Positions 61,653 through 64,000 of a DNA stretch of 64,000 bases are shown here, piece after piece. Under the pieces are notes generated by a model. That model was not told the DNA's origin. It saw only the letters and a list, made by a program, of their open reading frames with translations, and ran no database searches. Where the stretch lies: assembly GCA_035250975.1 (NCBI GenBank), contig DATFEP010000064.1, forward strand, positions 1 to 64,000, given 5' to 3'. Position 1 is the first letter of the stretch. Each line of letters starts with the position of its first letter. A program made the position numbers and the translations under genes. This stretch comes from Nitrososphaeraceae archaeon (GTDB lineage: Archaea; Thermoproteota; Nitrososphaeria; Nitrososphaerales; Nitrososphaeraceae).

Positions 61653-62056
61653 AAATGATGCTAAAAAAAATTCTAGTTTTTGGTAATCCTTTGGTTAGAA
61701 GGGACAGCCTGCCTCTAAAATTATTAGATGATCTTAGAAATGAATTTCCTAACATAGAATTCAAAGAATTTGATTCAATTGAAGAGATACAAAATGAAGG
61801 GGATACTCTTTACATTTTGGATTCGGTAGAAAAAATAAAAAAAGTGATGGTAATAACCGATTTAGATCAATTGGCTACAGACAAAATATATTCGGTCCAT
61901 GATTTTGATTTAGCTATCAACCTCAAGATACTAAAGAAAATAGGTGTGATAAAAAAGATAATTATTCTTGGAGTGCCTATGAATATTACGCATAGTCAGG
62001 CATTACAAGAGATTAGAGAAAAAATTATATCCATTTCAATCTCAAAAAATGACTAG
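61649..62056 (+). CDS. hydrogenase maturation endopeptidase-like protein (HycI/HybD fold)
   Basis: ILVFGNPL..DS, YILDS, SVH, IIILGVP; lies in the hyp operon and faces a large subunit with a cleavable tail. Confidence 0.72.
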   Translation: MKMMLKKILVFGNPLVRRDSLPLKLLDDLRNEFPNIEFKEFDSIEEIQNEGDTLYILDSVEKIKKVMVITDLDQLATDKIYSVHDFDLAINLKILKKIGVIKKIIILGVPMNITHSQALQEIREKIISISISKND

Positions 62057-63302
62057 CACAACTCATACACGGATCGTATGCCCTTATTATTTTTTCAAGC
62101 TCATGATAAATAAAGTGTTTATCTTTGTCTAAAATGCTAGGTAAATGATTTTTTATATCATTTTCCATCTTAATTTGATTTTGTGCTGTTGGTATTACAA
62201 AGTTGGCAAATTGTACTTTTCCTTCTCTGTTAAGTTCAACCATATGATACAATGTACCACGAGGAGCCTCTATTACTCCAACTCCTTTACCTTCTCTTGT
62301 TTTAATTTCGGGAGGAGATTCGCGAGTAAATTCATTTTCTTCAAGAATTTGAATAGTATGATCTATACAATGTAGAATTTCAATAGATTGTGCAAGATTG
62401 TTATGATAAATATTATTTGATGGAAAGACTTTAAGGATTTCAGATATATCCTTTTTTGAATTTTTATGGATAGATTCTCTATTCAAATTTAACCTAGCCA
62501 AAGCTCCTACCATGTATTCTTTGTCCCTGAATCTAAATCCAGTAGCCTGAGAATACGGGATAATAATTCTTTCTAGGTGATTCCAATATTCATCTTCTTT
62601 TATTTTCATTCCGTCTGAAGAAGCGATCTCACCCTCCAAAAAACTAAAATCGTCTGTAACTAGAGATACGAAAGTGGATTCTCTGCTAAGGTCAAAATTG
62701 CATTCATAAAATATTTTTATGAGTTCAAGAACCGTATCTCTAGTTGCTTTAAATTCTGACAATAATTCTTTTAAATTTTCTTTTGAAGGTAAATGAGAAA
62801 ACTGTCCAACCTTTTCAAATGTTGGATGAACAGCCCTGCCAGCAACTATTTTCGAAAGATTGTTTCCAAGACTTTTTACATTGAAACCCTGTTTGATTAG
62901 ATAATTTTTTGTTTCATCAAAATCAAATACAGAATCTGTATTAAAAACATCAGGAAGACAGAAGAAGTACAAATGTAAAGCATGATCCCGTATCATCATT
63001 CCATATACAGATAACTTTCTTAATAATTCAGTTTGTTTTGTTGGTGTGATCTCGAGACATTTTTCGATTGATTCAATGCTACAGGTTAAGTGTGCTATGC
63101 TACATGTACCGCATATCCTAGAAACAAATTGTGGAACACTAGAAAAATGTCTATTTCTTACTGCTTGTGTATAAAATCTTTTATTTTCATTTATCTTTAA
63201 TTTGACATCTTCTACTTTTCCCTTCCTAATTTTTACTTCAATGTCTGCATGACCTTCTGTTTTACTTATTTGTTCTATATTGATATCGAAACTATCATGC
63301 AT
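62025..63302 (-). CDS. [NiFe]-hydrogenase large subunit, group 3b-like
   Basis: KTEGH, L1 SRICGTCSIAH, VGALAR, EAPRGTLYH, PTAQN, L2 RAYDPCMSCASH plus a 7-aa tail. Confidence 0.92.
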   Translation of the reverse strand: MHDSFDINIEQISKTEGHADIEVKIRKGKVEDVKLKINENKRFYTQAVRNRHFSSVPQFVSRICGTCSIAHLTCSIESIEKCLEITPTKQTELLRKLSVYGMMIRDHALHLYFFCLPDVFNTDSVFDFDETKNYLIKQGFNVKSLGNNLSKIVAGRAVHPTFEKVGQFSHLPSKENLKELLSEFKATRDTVLELIKIFYECNFDLSRESTFVSLVTDDFSFLEGEIASSDGMKIKEDEYWNHLERIIIPYSQATGFRFRDKEYMVGALARLNLNRESIHKNSKKDISEILKVFPSNNIYHNNLAQSIEILHCIDHTIQILEENEFTRESPPEIKTREGKGVGVIEAPRGTLYHMVELNREGKVQFANFVIPTAQNQIKMENDIKNHLPSILDKDKHFIYHELEKIIRAYDPCMSCASHFLRLKWI

Positions 63303-63774
63303 TTACAAGACCAAATTCCTTCATATAACCATCTAATTTTGATAGAAATAATTTTTCATCCATTGGACATCCCGAAATGAAATCATCAACATTTACAAAT
63401 TCCGAAATAGGAGATACCTTGTTTCTTTGTCCAAACTGCTCTAAAATATGGAAAATCTCATTTTTTGTCGAATCATCAAAGTAATTTCTTTGATTCGCTG
63501 GGCTTCCTGTACATGCACAACTTCCTATTGCAATTAATTTTTTTGAATTCTTCCTTATTTCTTTAAGAAATTCAAGCTCTTTGTCAGTTGAAATTGCTCC
63601 TTCTACAAAAGCCAAATCTAAATTAGTAAAATCGTTTTTTCCTTTGAAAGTTCTAAAATATTTAAAATCCAGTAGATCTTTCCACTTTAAAAAATTATCA
63701 TTCATTAATTCTATGAACACTATAGTACTGTCTTCGCAACATGTAAATGAAAACCAGCCAGTTTTGAGTTTCAT
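63295..63774 (-). CDS. [NiFe]-hydrogenase small (delta-like) subunit, short form
   Basis: GWFSFTCCEDS, AFVEGAI, IAIGSCA, VDDFISGCP; overlaps the large-subunit start; ATG at 63774 preferred over 63831. Confidence 0.85.
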   Translation of the reverse strand: MKLKTGWFSFTCCEDSTIVFIELMNDNFLKWKDLLDFKYFRTFKGKNDFTNLDLAFVEGAISTDKELEFLKEIRKNSKKLIAIGSCACTGSPANQRNYFDDSTKNEIFHILEQFGQRNKVSPISEFVNVDDFISGCPMDEKLFLSKLDGYMKEFGLVNA

Positions 63775-64000
63775 TAACACATTAGCAATAAAGCTATCGT
63801 ATTTAAAATAGTTCACCTTTTTGATTCCCAATTTTCATTTTAACATATTTGTTTTAGAAAATTGTGTTGCGACATTTTATTATTTAATTTACGTTAGTTA
63901 TCTTATTAAATTCTAAAAATCGATCATCTTAAATCTTGTTAACAAAAAATTATCTTTTTACAAAGAAATTTGAAAGAGTTCTAAATACTATAACTATAAT

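Noticed and set aside
1-64000. CRISPR arrays, rRNA genes, integrases, defence or toxin systems
   Set aside because: None seen. Only short A-rich microsatellite-like runs (about 21630 and 42495) were noted, as expected in AT-rich DNA.

Overview
AT-rich archaeal DNA. The gene content and protein style point to an ammonia-oxidising archaeon (Nitrososphaeria, probably Nitrosocosmicus-like); this is inferred, as no rRNA or amo gene is present. The window has two parts. (1) About 1-31 kb is core genome: a truncated NDH-2, a nucleotidyltransferase/LLM/thiolase/DUF35 operon, an intron-containing tRNA-Asn, the L3-to-L6 ribosomal protein cluster (including an S14 gene missed by the ORF track), proteasome alpha, purC/S/Q/L/F, tRNA-Thr, argS and trmI. 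(2) About 31.5-64 kb is an accessory stress region: Dps, a bacterial-type GAPDH, four USPs, a CBS protein, a site-2 protease-CBS, PolX-PHP, a CoA-disulfide reductase, Mg/divalent-metal transporters, a decayed IS5, a COG2187 kinase-like protein, a CoA-transferase and a dienelactone hydrolase. It ends in hypF-hypC-hypD-(degenerate aldolase)-(maturation protease), convergent on a group 3b-like [NiFe]-hydrogenase with an unusually short small subunit. The family content of part 2 parallels the mycobacterial DosR hypoxia/dormancy regulon, suggesting a candidate anoxia-survival, H2-cycling system. All product calls come from motif recognition only; no searches were run.
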